Origin: Macrostomum lignano
Lineage: Eukaryota
DNA length: 64,000 bases
Direction of reading: 5' to 3'
Assembly (NCBI GenBank): GCA_002269645.1
Contig: NIVC01003332.1
Span: 1 to 64,000, forward strand
Shown: piece after piece, positions 1 through 11,989 of the stretch
Numbering within the stretch: position 1 is the first letter of the stretch
Layout of the letters: each line of letters opens with the position of its first letter
Made by a program: the position numbers and the translations under genes
The notes under the pieces: generated by a model
The model's input: the letters and a program-made list of their open reading frames with translations, nothing else
Told to the model about the DNA's origin: nothing
The model's database searches: none

Positions 1-890
1 GGCAACATGCTGTTGCAGATCAGCAACGCTGCCATGCTTAGCAGAGCTGGAATTGATGATGCTGCAGGTGGCAGTGTTGTCAGTGTAGACCGCAATTGAG
101 TGGCCCTTAAGGGCTTCTTGGTGCTGCAAGAGCGCCACAAAGGGAGCGGCGCACTCTTTAAGGTTGATATAGAGCTCATTGAAAGCGCTGTTGCAATCGA
201 TCTGCCAGTCAATGTAGAGCCAAGTCAAGCCTCTGTCACCAAAGTGCAGCACAGTGCCTTTGCCTGCTTCACAGGTGTCAGATTTGATAGCAGCGCCAGC
301 CAATAGGAGAGGCAGGCAGCCTTAGCCGGCAGCATGCTCAGGGCAGTTTTCCACCATCTCAGCTGCGATTGGAGATCCTTGGCAACTGGGAGCAGATCAG
401 AGAGGTGTGACAAGCTGTTGGCAAACTCGATTAGTGGGCACAAGAATGTCCAGCCATGCTGTGCTATTGTGCACATGTAGCTGAGGTGCTCCAGCAGCTT
501 TTACAGCTCAGACTTGCTGATAGTCTTCTTGAAGATGCTAATATTGAGCAGAAGCTGGAGTTTTTCAGCTTTGTCAGGAGGGAAAGACAGGCTCACCTGC
601 ATAGTGTCAATATTGGTCCCGAGGAACCTCAGCTTGGTCATTGGCATCACACTCTTCTTCTCATTAATAGTGAACCTAAGCCTCTTGAGCATGTCATGCA
701 GCTCATAGTAGGCCAGGTGGCACTTGGCTTTCATATTGGCAGCAATGCAAGGGCAAATGCATTGATGAGACCATTGCACACACACATAAAAGGCCAACTG
801 CCAAAAGGCCAACTGCCCCAGCATCCCGCGCACCCCCACCCCCCACATGCCGGCACAAAAAACAGCCCATGCAAGCATGCACAAAGGCAA
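1..890 (-). mobile_element. Decayed DIRS-type (tyrosine recombinase) retrotransposon, RT-RNase H relic
   Basis: Minus-strand translation gives RT palm-like LKRLRFTINEKKS...LRFLGTNIDT (ORF 501-890) and connection-like LRWWKTAL (ORF 225-476). Positions ~1-180 give YINLKECAAPFVALLQHQEALKGHSIAVYTDNTATCSIIN, matching the DIRS1-type RNase H pattern (INxKE...TDN). Frames are broken and no intact YxDD is visible. The element runs off the window edge. Confidence 0.8.
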
Positions 891-1159
891 CTGTTCTGTC
901 AGCTAAACATGATTATAGCACCAGTACCCCAGCACTGAAATCACCAACATATATTTCTAATCCTTGTTTTGTAAAATGGCTTTTTTATTCATTCAAATTT
1001 TGGATGCCATAAAAATATTATGTAGTATCTCTATTTAAAGAATAATAGAATTTTTACTCTAGACCAACACATTTGTTTTTTTCTATAAAGACCTGTTTTA
1101 GCACTTTTTAATTGGTAGTTCTTTAAAATTAGTAGAAACCAATAACAAGAATACAATAC

Positions 1160-1490
1160 TCTCCCCTCTCTTCTCTCTCCCCTTTCTTCTCTCTCCCCTT
1201 TCTTCTCTCTCCCCTTTCTTCTCTCTCCCTTTCTTCTCTCTCCCCTTTCTTCCCTCTCCCCTTTCTTCTCTCTCCCTCTCTTCTCTCCCCTTTCTTCTCT
1301 CTCCCCTTTCTTCTCTCTCCCCTTTCTTCTCTCTCCCCTTTCTTCCCTCTCCCTTTCTTCTCTCTCCCTCTCTTCTCTCCCCTTTCTTCTCTCTCCCCTT
1401 TCTTCTCTCTCCCCTTTCTTCTCTCTCCCCTCTCTTCTCTCCCCTCTTTCTTCTGTCTCCTTTCTGCCCTCCCCTCTCTTCTCTCCTTAC
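1160..1490. repeat. CT-rich low-complexity minisatellite (TTCTTCTCTCTCCCCT-like)
   Basis: Tandem pyrimidine units read directly. Confidence 0.9.
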
Positions 1491-2405
1491 TAGGATTCTA
1501 TAGGATTTTCAAATTTCAAAATTTCAAATCTAATTTAATTAAGATCTTTTTAGACCTAGCAATTTTCCATGCTTAAAAGAACCAGTTTATTTTAAGGTTT
1601 TAAGAGGAGCCTGATCAAATTATAGCAAATCAAATTAAAATACTGTTAATGGAATATTAGAGTAAGTAGTATAGTATCTAGTAGTATATTTTATTAATCT
1701 ACTGGAGCCAATCTGTGACTTTAAGAGCTCCAAATACTTGTTTAATGTTTTTAATTATTTAAAAAAGTAGTGCCTACTGTCTGACCAGTGTCCCTGATAC
1801 TTAAGTACCGATACTACTATATTATATTATTGTAAGTAGTCTGTAGTTCTGTAGTTTGGCTCATCTATTTGTCTTTAAAGGTAAATTTATTTTTTTGTCG
1901 AGGAAAGGAAATATTTATCAGGGTAGGGCTATTTCTATCTGCCTGTATTTCTTCCCCTTCCTGGCCTTGAATTGGCTTCTCGATTAGACATCATCCCCCC
2001 CCCCCTAGCAAAGTTCATTCACCCATCCTCTCGTGTGTGCGCTGGCTGCTGGCTTCAGGCCGGTATACATGTAATGGGGTTGGCGCTCTCGGAGGGACTA
2101 TCGGAGGCAGGGGAGTGCGAGACGAGGCAGTGGAAGGGAGGGGATCAAGGGTGGTTGGGCGAGGGGGAATGCAATCGCTGGGACGGGGAAGTGAGATAGG
2201 GTAAAGGGAAGAGGGGACTGGCTGCTTTCTCCCCCTTCAATGTTCATGTCCGCGCAGTCAGGGCCTGTGTAAATCCTAAGCCCGGAGGCCATGCAGCTCT
2301 GGATTAAGGCTTCAAAAAAGGCAGACCTAAACGAACTGGGTAAAATACACCGTGAGCTGCTGGTAGGGGTGCGCGAAATTCACTTCGATTTTGACTAGCT
2401 GAGCA

Positions 2406-5400
2406 ATGCCAGGCCTAGTGCTGTTTCGCCGGCGCTGGGCCATCGGCAGCGACGATATGGTTGTACCAGGAGTGCTGCTGCTGATCTACCATCTGGTGCT
2501 GTGAGTTTGCAGTGTACCGGACCAGTAATTATTGCAGGACAAGAGAAGGAATACCCATCTTAGTCAGTCAGTCAGTCAGTCACCCACTCACTCAAGTCAG
2601 TCAGTCAGTCACCCACTCACTCAAGTCAGTCAGTCAGTCACCCACTCACTCAAGTCAGCCAGTCAGTCAGCCACTCAGTCAGTCAGTCAGTCAGTCAGTC
2701 AGTCAGTCAGTCAGTCAGTCAGTCAGTCACTCACCACTCACTCACTCACTCAAGTCAGTCAGTCAGTCAGTCAGTCAGCCAGTCAGTCAGTCAGCCAGCC
2801 AGTCAGTCAGCCAGCCAGTCAGTCACCCACTCACTCAAGTCAGTCAGTCAGTCAGCCAGTCAGTCAGTCAGCAGCCAGCCAGTCAGTCAGCCACTCACTC
2901 AAGTCAGTCAGTCAGTCAGCCAGTCAGTCACCCACTCACTCAAATCAGTCAGTCAGTCACCCACTCACTCAAGTCAGTCAGTCAGTCACCCACTCACTCA
3001 AGTCAGTCAGTCACCCACTCACTCAAGTCAGTCAGTCAGTCACCCACTCACTCAAGTCAGTCAGTCAGTCACCCACTCACTCAAGTCAGTCAGTCAGTCA
3101 CCCACTCACTCAAGTCAGTCAGTCAGTCACCCACTCACTCAAGTCAGTCAGTCAGTCACCCACTCACTCAAGTCAGTCAGTCAGTCACCCACTCACTCAA
3201 GTCAGCCAGTCAGTCAGTCAGTCACCCACTCACTCAAGTCAGTCAGTCAGTCACCCACTCACTCAAGTCAGTCAGTCAGTCACCCACTCACTCAAGTCCA
3301 TTCCATTGCCAGGCTGTGCACGCACTGTGCCTTGGGGCTCGGCCCTTATAGGCTAAAATCGCACAAATGGCCCCACATGAAGTCCGATAAGAGTTCTAAT
3401 GAATTTTGTGCTTTTAATTTCAAAATTTTTATTTTGAAAACTTTTACCCTCTAATTTGTATAGTTTCCCCCGAAGATTAATAATAACCTCAATCGGTTTC
3501 ATTTCAGAGCGTCGATTTTCATGCCGTATCGAACGCTACTTCAGAGGTTAATTGGCCATGGCAACTAGATGGCAAAAATTCAAGCTCTGCAGTTGCCGCC
3601 CTGCTAGATGGCAATCGCAGTTCCAATGGAACTGGACAACTTGCCGTGGTTGCTGCTGCTTCGCTAGAGCGGTGCAGAATCTCCGTTCAGTTTTATGCGC
3701 TAGCCTATCTAGCACTCGTCTGCCTGTGCCTGCTGGTTGAGGCTCTGCTTGTGAGATTCAGCCTGCTGGGTTCTGTGCTGCACAGGGCCCGGGACAGGTG
3801 GCCCGTACCTGGCCTGCTCTATTGCCGATTGGGTGAGAGTTGGGGGATGGGATGTACTTTTAAATGAGAAGGTTGGGGATGTATTTTAGTTGAGGAGGTT
3901 GGGATGCACTTTTGATAAGGTCGAGATGTACTTTAAATGAGAAGGTTGGGGATATACTTTAGTTGAGGAGGTTGGGATGCACTTTTGATAAGGTCGGAAT
4001 GTACTTTAAATGAGAAGGTTGGGGATGTACTTTAGTTGAGGAGCTTGGGATGCACTTTTGATAAGGTCGGAATGTATTTTTGCTGAGGAGGTCCAGATGT
4101 ACTTTTGATGAACTTAGGATGCTCTTGATGAGGAGATCGGAATGTACTTCTTATGAAAAGGTCGTGATGTACTTTGACCTAGGACTCGGGATCGTAATTA
4201 AAGTTTATAAATATGAGTTTCCTGGCTAAAAAAAATTACTAAATAGAGAATATAAAATTTTAGCGCTCATGCTGGTCGAGCTATGCTGGCTGCTGTACTG
4301 CGCTGTGAGTCTCTGGCAGTTGGGCCTGAAATGGCCAGACTGCACCAACCAGCTGTGGCCCGTGCGAGCTCTCACTGGTGAGCTTTTTAGTCTGCGTCAA
4401 AGCATCGCCCAGGTTCGATTCCTTGCGCGCTGCCGCATTAATTTGAGGCTTGCGCTGTGCGAATCTGGATTTTAAGGGCCGCCCCCCCTCACCGAAATCA
4501 CCGGACGCAGTGCACCCTGTGTGAGAGCGTGCCTGCGTCACGGTATCCAGGTCAATAAGCCTATCAGAGTCACTTGCAATGCCCCAGAGTCATTGCAGGT
4601 AACACAGGTGAAATAGGAAAGACTAGCAATCTAATGCACCCCTTCGAGGCGCCCATAAGCAAGGAGCAAATGTTATTTTATTTGTGCTCATTTTTCTTAA
4701 ATCCTTATTTGTGTCACTTGTGATGTTATTTGTGCAAATCCATTACAAAAGCAAATTTTCTTAAGAACCAATTCCTTCGGTTTTATAAATCACCTTATTC
4801 GAGTAAAATTGTCACGGACAAAGATGTTTGCTATGAATCTAATTTTTTTAAATCCCTAAATAAAGCAGGCATTCCCACCAAATAGCAGGCATCCCTAAAT
4901 AGCAAGCATCCCTATATAGAAATATTCCCTAGATAGCAAGCACCCCCCCAAATAGCAAGCACCCCCCCCAGATAGCAAGTACCCACCCTCCAAGAGCAAG
5001 CAACCCCAGATAGCAAGCAACCCCAGATAGCAAGCATCCCCCAGATAGCAAGCATCCCCCAGATAGCAAGCATCCCCCAGATAGCAAGCATCCCCCAGAT
5101 AGCAAGCATCCCCCAGATAGCAAGCATCCCCCAGATAGCAAGCACCCCCCCCCCCCAAATAGCAAGCACCCCCCAGATAGCAAGTACCCACCCTCCAAGA
5201 GCAAGCAACCCCAGATAGCAAGCAACCCCAGATAGCAAGCATCCCCCAGATAGCAAGCATCCCCCAGATAGCAAGCATCCCCCAGATAGCAAGCATCCCC
5301 CAGATAGCAAGCATCCCCCAGATAGCAAGCACCCCCCCCAAATAGCAAGCACCCCCCAGATAGCAAGTACCCACCCTCCAAGAGCAAGCAACCCCAGATA

Positions 5401-8400
5401 GCAAGCAACCCCAGATAGCAAGCATCCCCCAGATAGCAAGCATCCCCCAGATAGCAAGCATCCCCAGATAGCAAGCAACCCCAGATAGCAAGCATCCCCA
5501 GATAGCAAGCATCCCCCAGATAGCAAGCATCCCCCAGATAGCAAGCATCCCCCAGATAGCAAGCATCCCCCAGATAGCAAGCATCCCCCTTCCCCGAGAG
5601 CAAGGAACCCCCAGATAGCAAGCATCCCCCAGATAGCAAGCATCCCCCAGATAGCAAGCAACCCCAGATAGCAAGCATCCCCCAGATAGCAAGCATCCCC
5701 CAGATAGCAAGCATCCCCCAGATAGCAAGCATCCCCCAGATAGCAAGCATCCCCCAGATAGCAAGCATCCCCCAGATAGCAAGCACCCCCCCCAAATAGC
5801 AAGCACCCCCCAGATAGCAAGTACCCACCCTCCAAGAGCAAGCAACCCCAGATAGCAAGCAACCCCAGATAGCAAGCATCCCCCAGATAGCAAGCATCCC
5901 CCAGATAGCAAGCATCCCCCAGATAGCAAGCATCCCCCAGATAGCAAGCATCCCCCAGATAGCAAGCACCCCCCCCAAATAGCAAGCACCCCCAGATAGC
6001 AAGTACCCACCCTCCAAGAGCAAGCAACCCCAGATAGCAAGCAACCCCAGATAGCAAGCATCCCCCAGATAGCAAGCATCCCCCAGATAGCAAGCATCCC
6101 CCAGATAGCAAGCAACCCCAGATAGCAAGCATCCCCCAGATAGCAAGCATCCCCCAGATAGCAAGCATCCCCCAGATAGCAAGCATCCCCCAGATAGCAA
6201 GCATCCCCCAGATAGCAAGCATCCCCCTTCCCCGAGAGCAAGGAACCCCCAGATAGCAAGCATCCCCCAGATAGCAAGCATCCCCCAGATAGCAAGCAAC
6301 CCCAGATAGCAAGCATCCCCCAGATAGCAAGCATCCCCCAGATAGCAAGCATCCCCCAGATAGCAAGCAACCCCAGATAGCAAGCATCCCCCAGATAGCA
6401 AGCATCCCCCAGATAGCAAGCATCCCCCAGATAGCAAGCATCCCCCCTTCCCCGAGAGCAAGGAACCCCCATATAGCAAGCAACCCCCCTTCCCGAGAGC
6501 AAGCATCCCCCAGATAGCAAGCATCCCCCAGATAGCAAGCATCCCCCAGATAGCAAGCATCCCCCCTTCCCCGAGAGCAAGGAACCCCCATATAGCAAGC
6601 AACCCTAGATAGCAATAGGAAAGAAGTGACCATAGACGGCTCTATTTAAACGACGATATGTCACTTGAAGGTCAATTTGAGACGTTATCGTATTGTCTGC
6701 GACTCTGGGAGTGTTTCTCGAAACTCACGTAAGTTCTATGGTAAGTTAGATCGTAAGAAAGAAATTTACGTGTAGCGTAAGTTTGCTCGTAAGACGCTTT
6801 CTCAAAACTCACTTAGACTTTGCGTGGCTTACGCTGTTCGTAAGTCGTATCTGAAACGAAAAGTTGCATGTCTATGGTCATAAATCTGCAAATATCTTTA
6901 CTTAGTCTATCGTAAGTTGCTTTCGAGAAAGACCCACCTTCGATAAAGTTTAACTTGACTTGGCTTGACTAAAGCTTCACGTACTACGAGTATGCGATTA
7001 GTGCTTAAGTGCGTCTTACGACTGATACCGAGCAGTCGTAGGGTTAAGATCAACCTTACGAAAGACCATAGACATACGAACGTTTCGAGAAACAGTCTTT
7101 TGCGCAAAGTTACGAACTCGTAAAGTTGCGATCAATCTTACGCATAGCTAACTTGCGAGCCCTTCGAGCAACCCGTTTGTGTAGCTTACCCAACTTACGT
7201 CTATGGTCGATCGTAAGTTGCTTTCGAGAAAGACCCCCCTGAAATCACTCTGGGCCGTAGAGTCAGATCTGAGGCGTGCTGGAGTCGCTGTATAATCGCA
7301 TTTAGAATTTATGATAACAACTCTATTTAGTCTACTTGAGTTAGTAGAAAGTTAAGCGCCAACACTTAGACTCTTGGACGAATTTTTTTCGCAACAGTCG
7401 CCTCTCCGTCGCATTACAGTCGATTTGAGGTGCTTAAAAAGTTACAAGAGTCGCCCCAAAGTCACTTGTGAGTTGTTTATTATGACTCTTTAGCGATTCT
7501 TGTCGCGGTAAAATTTTCAACGGGGTCCTTATGCGTTTAAGGAGCGGTTGCTCGCTGAGGCGTTGGAGGTCAGGGGATTCCGCTGACACCACAGACACGT
7601 GCGCTCACACAGGGCCCTCCACCCCCTTTAGAGAAAAATGAATCCTGCACCCTTTTCTTATCGACAGCAATCGTCTGTCTGAACTGGTCAGCCATGCTGC
7701 TCACTCTGCTGTCAGTCTGGTGCGCTTTCGATCGGTCTGGCCGAGTTTGGCTGCGAATGCGCCCCAACCCTCCTGCACCCGCCGCTGCCGCCGACTCTGT
7801 GGATCACCGAGTCGGTCATCACGCTGTCACCACGTCGAGGACGTCCTTTGCTAGGCGGAACAGCTGGAAGCAGCGGTGCGTGTCCCGCTGTCTACTTTGG
7901 GAAAAAATGGTAATGCTTTTGGGCATAGTCGATAGCAGCTAGGGAAACAAATGTCAGAGCGAATCGAATAAAAAAGTGAGAAGAAGGGTGAGGAAAGAGT
8001 GATAAGAAGAGTGAAAGGTGGGCGGAAGTAATGAGTAATGAGTCAAAAGCTTTCCTTTTCACAGGGTAATGAAAGTAAGGGGAACGATAGATGGTGAATT
8101 AGATTAAATAAAGATGCCAGAGTGGATTGGGATGCGAGATTGAATGGGAAAGTGAGACTGAATGGGGATGAGAGTGAATGGGGATGTAAGAGTGAATTTG
8201 AAAGCGAGAGTGAATGGGAATGTGAGAGTGAATGGGGGTGTGAGAGTGAACGGGCATGTGAGAGTGAATGGGGATGTGGAAGTGAATTGGAGAGTGAACA
8301 GGGGTGTGAGAGTGAATGGGAAAGTGAGAGTGAACGGGGATGTGAGAGTGAATGGGGGTGTGAGAGTGAATGTGGATGTGAGAGTGAACAGATATGTGAA

Positions 8401-11400
8401 AGTGAATTAGAGAGTGAACAGGGGTTTGAGTGTGAACGGGGATGTGAGAGTGAATAGGAAAGTGAGAGTTAACGAGAATGTGAGAGTGAATAGGAAAGTG
8501 AGAGTTAACGAGAATGTGAGAGTGAATAGGAAAGTGAGAGTTAACGAGAATGTGAGAGTGAATAGGAAAATGAGAGTGAACGGGGATGTGAGAGTGAATA
8601 GGAAAATGAGAGTAAACAGGGATGTGAGAGTGAATAGGAAAGTGAGAGTAAACGGGGATGTGAGAGTGAATAGGAAAGTGAGAGTAAACGGGGATGTGAG
8701 AGTGAATAGGAATGTGAGAGCGAACGGGGATGTGAGAGTGAATAGGAAAATGAGAGTGAACGGGGATGTGAGAGTGAATAGGAAAGTGAGAGTGAACGGG
8801 GATGTGAGAGTGAATAGGAAAGTGAGAGTGAACGGGGATGTGAGAGTGAAAGTTGCACAAATTCACAGTAACTTTAATCAGCTAATAATTACTTGAATTA
8901 ATTACTGTTGTGCAACTCCCTCCCCTGTCCAATGCCGGTAGAGACGCTCTGGTGCAGTACGAGGCCATCTGGGACCAGCGCTGCCGCAGGTTATTCTGCT
9001 GTCTGAATGGCGACGATCGCAACGCTCAGACGACATTTCGCGACGTTGCTAGGCTGTTCTCTGATTTCTTCCGCGACCTGGACGTTGTGCCGTCCGACGT
9101 GGTTGCTGGGCTGGTGCTGATCAGGCGCTATCAGAAAGAGCGGGCCAGGATGGCTCTGAAGGTGCGTTCTTGTAGCAGTTGGTTAAAAATTGGGCAGTGC
9201 TGGGCTAAGGTCAGGTCAGGGAGTAGCATGATGGACAGACACGAATCGACTGTTGCCACTTGACTGCTGACGGTTTAAGTTTAGGGTTTGTGTTAGGATA
9301 GATTTAGGTTAGGTATAGGGTTTAAGTTATGTTTCAGGTTAGATTATGGTATTGTGTCAGGATTTACATTAGTTAGGGTTTAGGTTAAGGTCAGGATTTA
9401 TGTTAGGTTTATGATTTAGGTTAGGTTTAGTGTTTTTGGTTAGGTTTAGGTTAGGTTTAGGGTTTAGGTTAGGTTTAAAGTTTTCGGTTAGGTCTAGGTT
9501 AGGCTTAGGGTTTAGGTTAGGTTTAGAGAGGTCTAGGTTAGGCTTAGAAATGCACTCTGCCTATCTATAGTACTACAATTCATATTTAATATTGACAGTC
9601 AAATTTATTAATTCTCACACCGACAGAGCGGTTCAGCCGACGTGCAGGCCTTCATGTCTGGCAGGCCGATTCTGTCCAGCACTCGGTTCCTTCGCGCCGA
9701 CAGCGATGAAGCATCCAGCCTCCTGCCAGAATTGTTATTCGGAATGAAGCTGGCATTGGCAGCTTATGGCTGCCCTATGCTGGCTTACACTACTAATTGC
9801 TGCTGCCTGCTGTGCCAGCTCAGGTTAATCAACTTTTGCATTTTATCTGTTTGTTATAAATCTTCAGTCTTTGTATCTCTATAGTCTTTGTTTTATAGGC
9901 GACTTCAGTCTAGTTGTCAGTGTCGAAATTTTGAATTAATATTTGAATAGTGCAATCTCCAATTAGGTGTTAATGCTTGATAATAGGATCTGTAATTAGG
10001 GATTAACACCTGGATAATTAGATCTCTAATTGGGGATTAATACCTGGATAATTAGATCTCTAATTGGGGATTAATACCTGGATAATGGGATCTCTAATTA
10101 GGGATTAATACCTGGATAATTAGATCTCTAATTGGGGATTAATACCTGGATAATGGGATCTCTAATTAGGGATTAATACCTGGATAATGGGATATCTAAT
10201 TAAGGATTAATACGAGCTACCTGGATAATGGGATCTCTAATTAAAGATTAATACCTGGATAATGGGATCTCTAATTAAAGATTAATACCTGGATGATGGG
10301 ATCTCTAATTAAAGATTAATACCTGGATGATGGGATCTCTAATTGGGGATTAATACCTGGACAATGTCATCTTGAATTAGGGATTATTCAACTATCGGAT
10401 CGACAGGTCTTTGTTATTAACTTAGAGCATTTATGTGGTAATCCCTTCCCCGTATCCCCCTCCAAACGACAGTCCTGGCAACAACAAGCAGACCGCCGGT
10501 TGCTGCTGCTGCTGCTGTTTTGACTTCCGCCGGTGCCGCAACGATCCCGGCGCCGTCGCCCGCGCCAGCGTGGAAGCCCTGCTCCGACGCAGCGGCATCG
10601 GGCCTGATGAGTTCCAGCTGCTGCACGTCAGCCAGGAGCTGCCAGAAGCTGCAGGCTGCACGCCGTTCTACGTCGGCTTGGATAAGCGGCGAAACCGACT
10701 GGTTGTGGCTATCCGGGGCACGCTGTCTATGCGTGACGTTCTCACCGATTTGAGGGCCGATGCTGAACGAATTTGGGCGCCACCTGAGGAGGTGCATACA
10801 CCGGAAGCTGTTCAGTCTACACCGGAAGCTGTTCAATCTACACCGGAAGCTGTTCAATCTACACCGGAAGCTAATCAATCTACACCGGAAGCTAATCAAT
10901 CTACACCGGAAGCTAATCAATCTACACCGGAAGCTGTTCAATCTACACCGGAAGCTAATCAATCTACACCGGAAGCTGTTCAGTCTACGCCTGTAGCTAA
11001 TCAATCTACACCGGAAGCTGTTCAATCTGCACCGGAAGCTGTTCAATCTGCACCGGAATCTGTTCAATCTACACCGGAAGCTGTTCGATCTACTCCAGAT
11101 TCGACAGACTTCAGACCAAAAACTGTGCACTACAGCGAAGAACTAATCAAAACACGTTCAGAATCTCAAATAAATTGGAAAATGAAGGTTGATCGCCCGC
11201 ACCCGGAAGCCACTTGTTCCAGTCACAGCGGCATCGCTCGAGCAGCCGAGCAAGTTCACCAACTGTTGCTGTCTTCCGGTTGGCTAACGGAAACGCCTAC
11301 GGATCTGCCTCTGCTGCTGACTGGACACAGCCTCGGAGCCGGGGTCGCCGTAGTCCTTGGATTGCGGATGCGAGCCGCCGGTTCCGGTTCTGTTTCCGGT

Positions 11401-11988
11401 TCCGCTTCCGGTTCCGCTTCCTGTCGCGCTTCCGATCGTCGACCGCGCGTTCTAGCTTTCAGCCCGCCAGGCGGCCTTCTATGCGCCGCCGGAACCGAAG
11501 TTTCTCGTCAATTCGTCACCTCGGTGGTGGTCGGCAAGGACGCCGTTTGTCGGCTGGGCCTCGCTCAGCTGGACGGCATGCGGGCCACCATGACTTCCCT
11601 GTTGGGCGGGGCGCGCCGTCCGAAATGGCGCATCATCTGTTGCGGCAACGGCGTCAGCAGCGCAGCTAGCGATTCTTTAGATGGCATCGAAGTTGACGAC
11701 TTTGTCGAAGGCCTACTACGTCGGGACTGGCATGCGGCGGCCGCGGCCGAGACTGGCCGACCGCCGCTGTACCTGCCGGGCAGAATTCTTCATTTGGTGA
11801 GGCCGGCGCGGCCTACTAAATCGGCGCCGTTGTTGTGGCGCGCGGTCTGGGCTGATCGAGACGATTTCGACGAATTGTTAGTGTCGCCCTCCATGCTGAG
11901 AGATCACCTGCCAGACTGCGTGCTGGAAGCTTTGGAGCAGCTTGTTGAGCAGTTGGACAGGGAGGGCCAGCTGCAGCTGAGTGCTTAA
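2406..11988 (+). CDS. DAGL: sn1-specific diacylglycerol lipase (DAGL alpha/beta family), at least 7 coding exons
   Basis: Exons: 2406-2500 (MPGLVLFRRRWAIGSDD, the DAGL N-terminus), ~3508/3585-3832 (acceptor uncertain), 4264-4377, 7668-7875 (CLNW...CAFDRSG), 8942-9161 (FFRDLDVVPSDVVAGLVL), 9627-9823 (ALAAYG), 10473-11988. The last exon has PFYV, IRGTLS, GHSLGAG, FSPPG, GKDAVCR, PLYLPG and MLRDHLP. Splice phases agree from 3832 onward. No long alpha-type C-terminal tail. Confidence 0.95.
2562..3298. repeat. (AGTC)n microsatellite with 29-nt higher-order unit CACCCACTCACTCAAGTCAGTCAGTCAGT, DAGL intron
   Basis: Read directly. Source of the spurious SQSV-rich ORFs. Confidence 0.95.
3845..4175. 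repeat. Degenerate tandem repeat (~25-nt subunits, ~75-nt higher-order unit)
   Basis: Recurrent GATGTACTTT...GAGAAGGTTGGG blocks in a DAGL intron. Confidence 0.75.
4870..6615. repeat. 18-nt minisatellite (ATCCCCCAGATAGCAAGC)n, DAGL intron
   Basis: About 1.7 kb array. The 6-aa periodicity in all three minus frames (GDACYL/GMLAIW/GGCLLS) confirms an 18-nt unit. Confidence 0.97.
6627..6880. mobile_element. Small inverted-repeat-bounded element (MITE-like)
   Basis: TGACCATAGAC at 6627-6637 and its reverse complement GTCTATGGTCA at 6870-6880. No target-site duplication evident. Confidence 0.5.
7064..7208. mobile_element. Second, shorter element with the same inverted termini
   Basis: GACCATAGAC at 7064-7073 and GTCTATGGTC at 7199-7208. 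The direct repeat ATCGTAAGTTGCTTTCGAGAAAGACCC occurs near 6909 and 7210. Confidence 0.45.
7319..7490 (+). repeat. Dispersed repeat, copy 1 (homologous to 63803-64000)
   Basis: Shared collinear blocks AACTCTA.TTA.TCTACT...GTTAGTAGAAAGTTA, GTCGCCTCT.CGTCGCATT.CAGTCG and TCACTTGTGAGTTGTTT. Confidence 0.8.
8105..8850. repeat. 18-nt minisatellite (GTGAGAGTGAACGGGGAT-like) with 36-nt dimer structure, DAGL intron
   Basis: Read directly. Gives VRVNGD/CESEWG periodic ORFs. Confidence 0.95.
9275..9545 (+). repeat. Degenerate telomere-like (TTAGGG/TTAGGT/TTTAGG) tract, DAGL intron
   Basis: Run of TTAGG-containing units. Confidence 0.7.
9960..10380. repeat. 34-nt minisatellite (CCTGGATAATTAGATCTCTAATTGGGGATTAATA)n
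   Basis: About 12 copies with an internal AATTAGA/TCTAATT inverted pair. Confidence 0.9.
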
Positions 11989-11989
11989 G

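Noticed and set aside
4895-6633. Three overlapping ~560-aa ORFs (GDACYL/GMLAIW/GGCLLS repeats)
   Set aside because: Artefact of an 18-nt stop-free minisatellite, open in all three minus frames, inside a DAGL intron.
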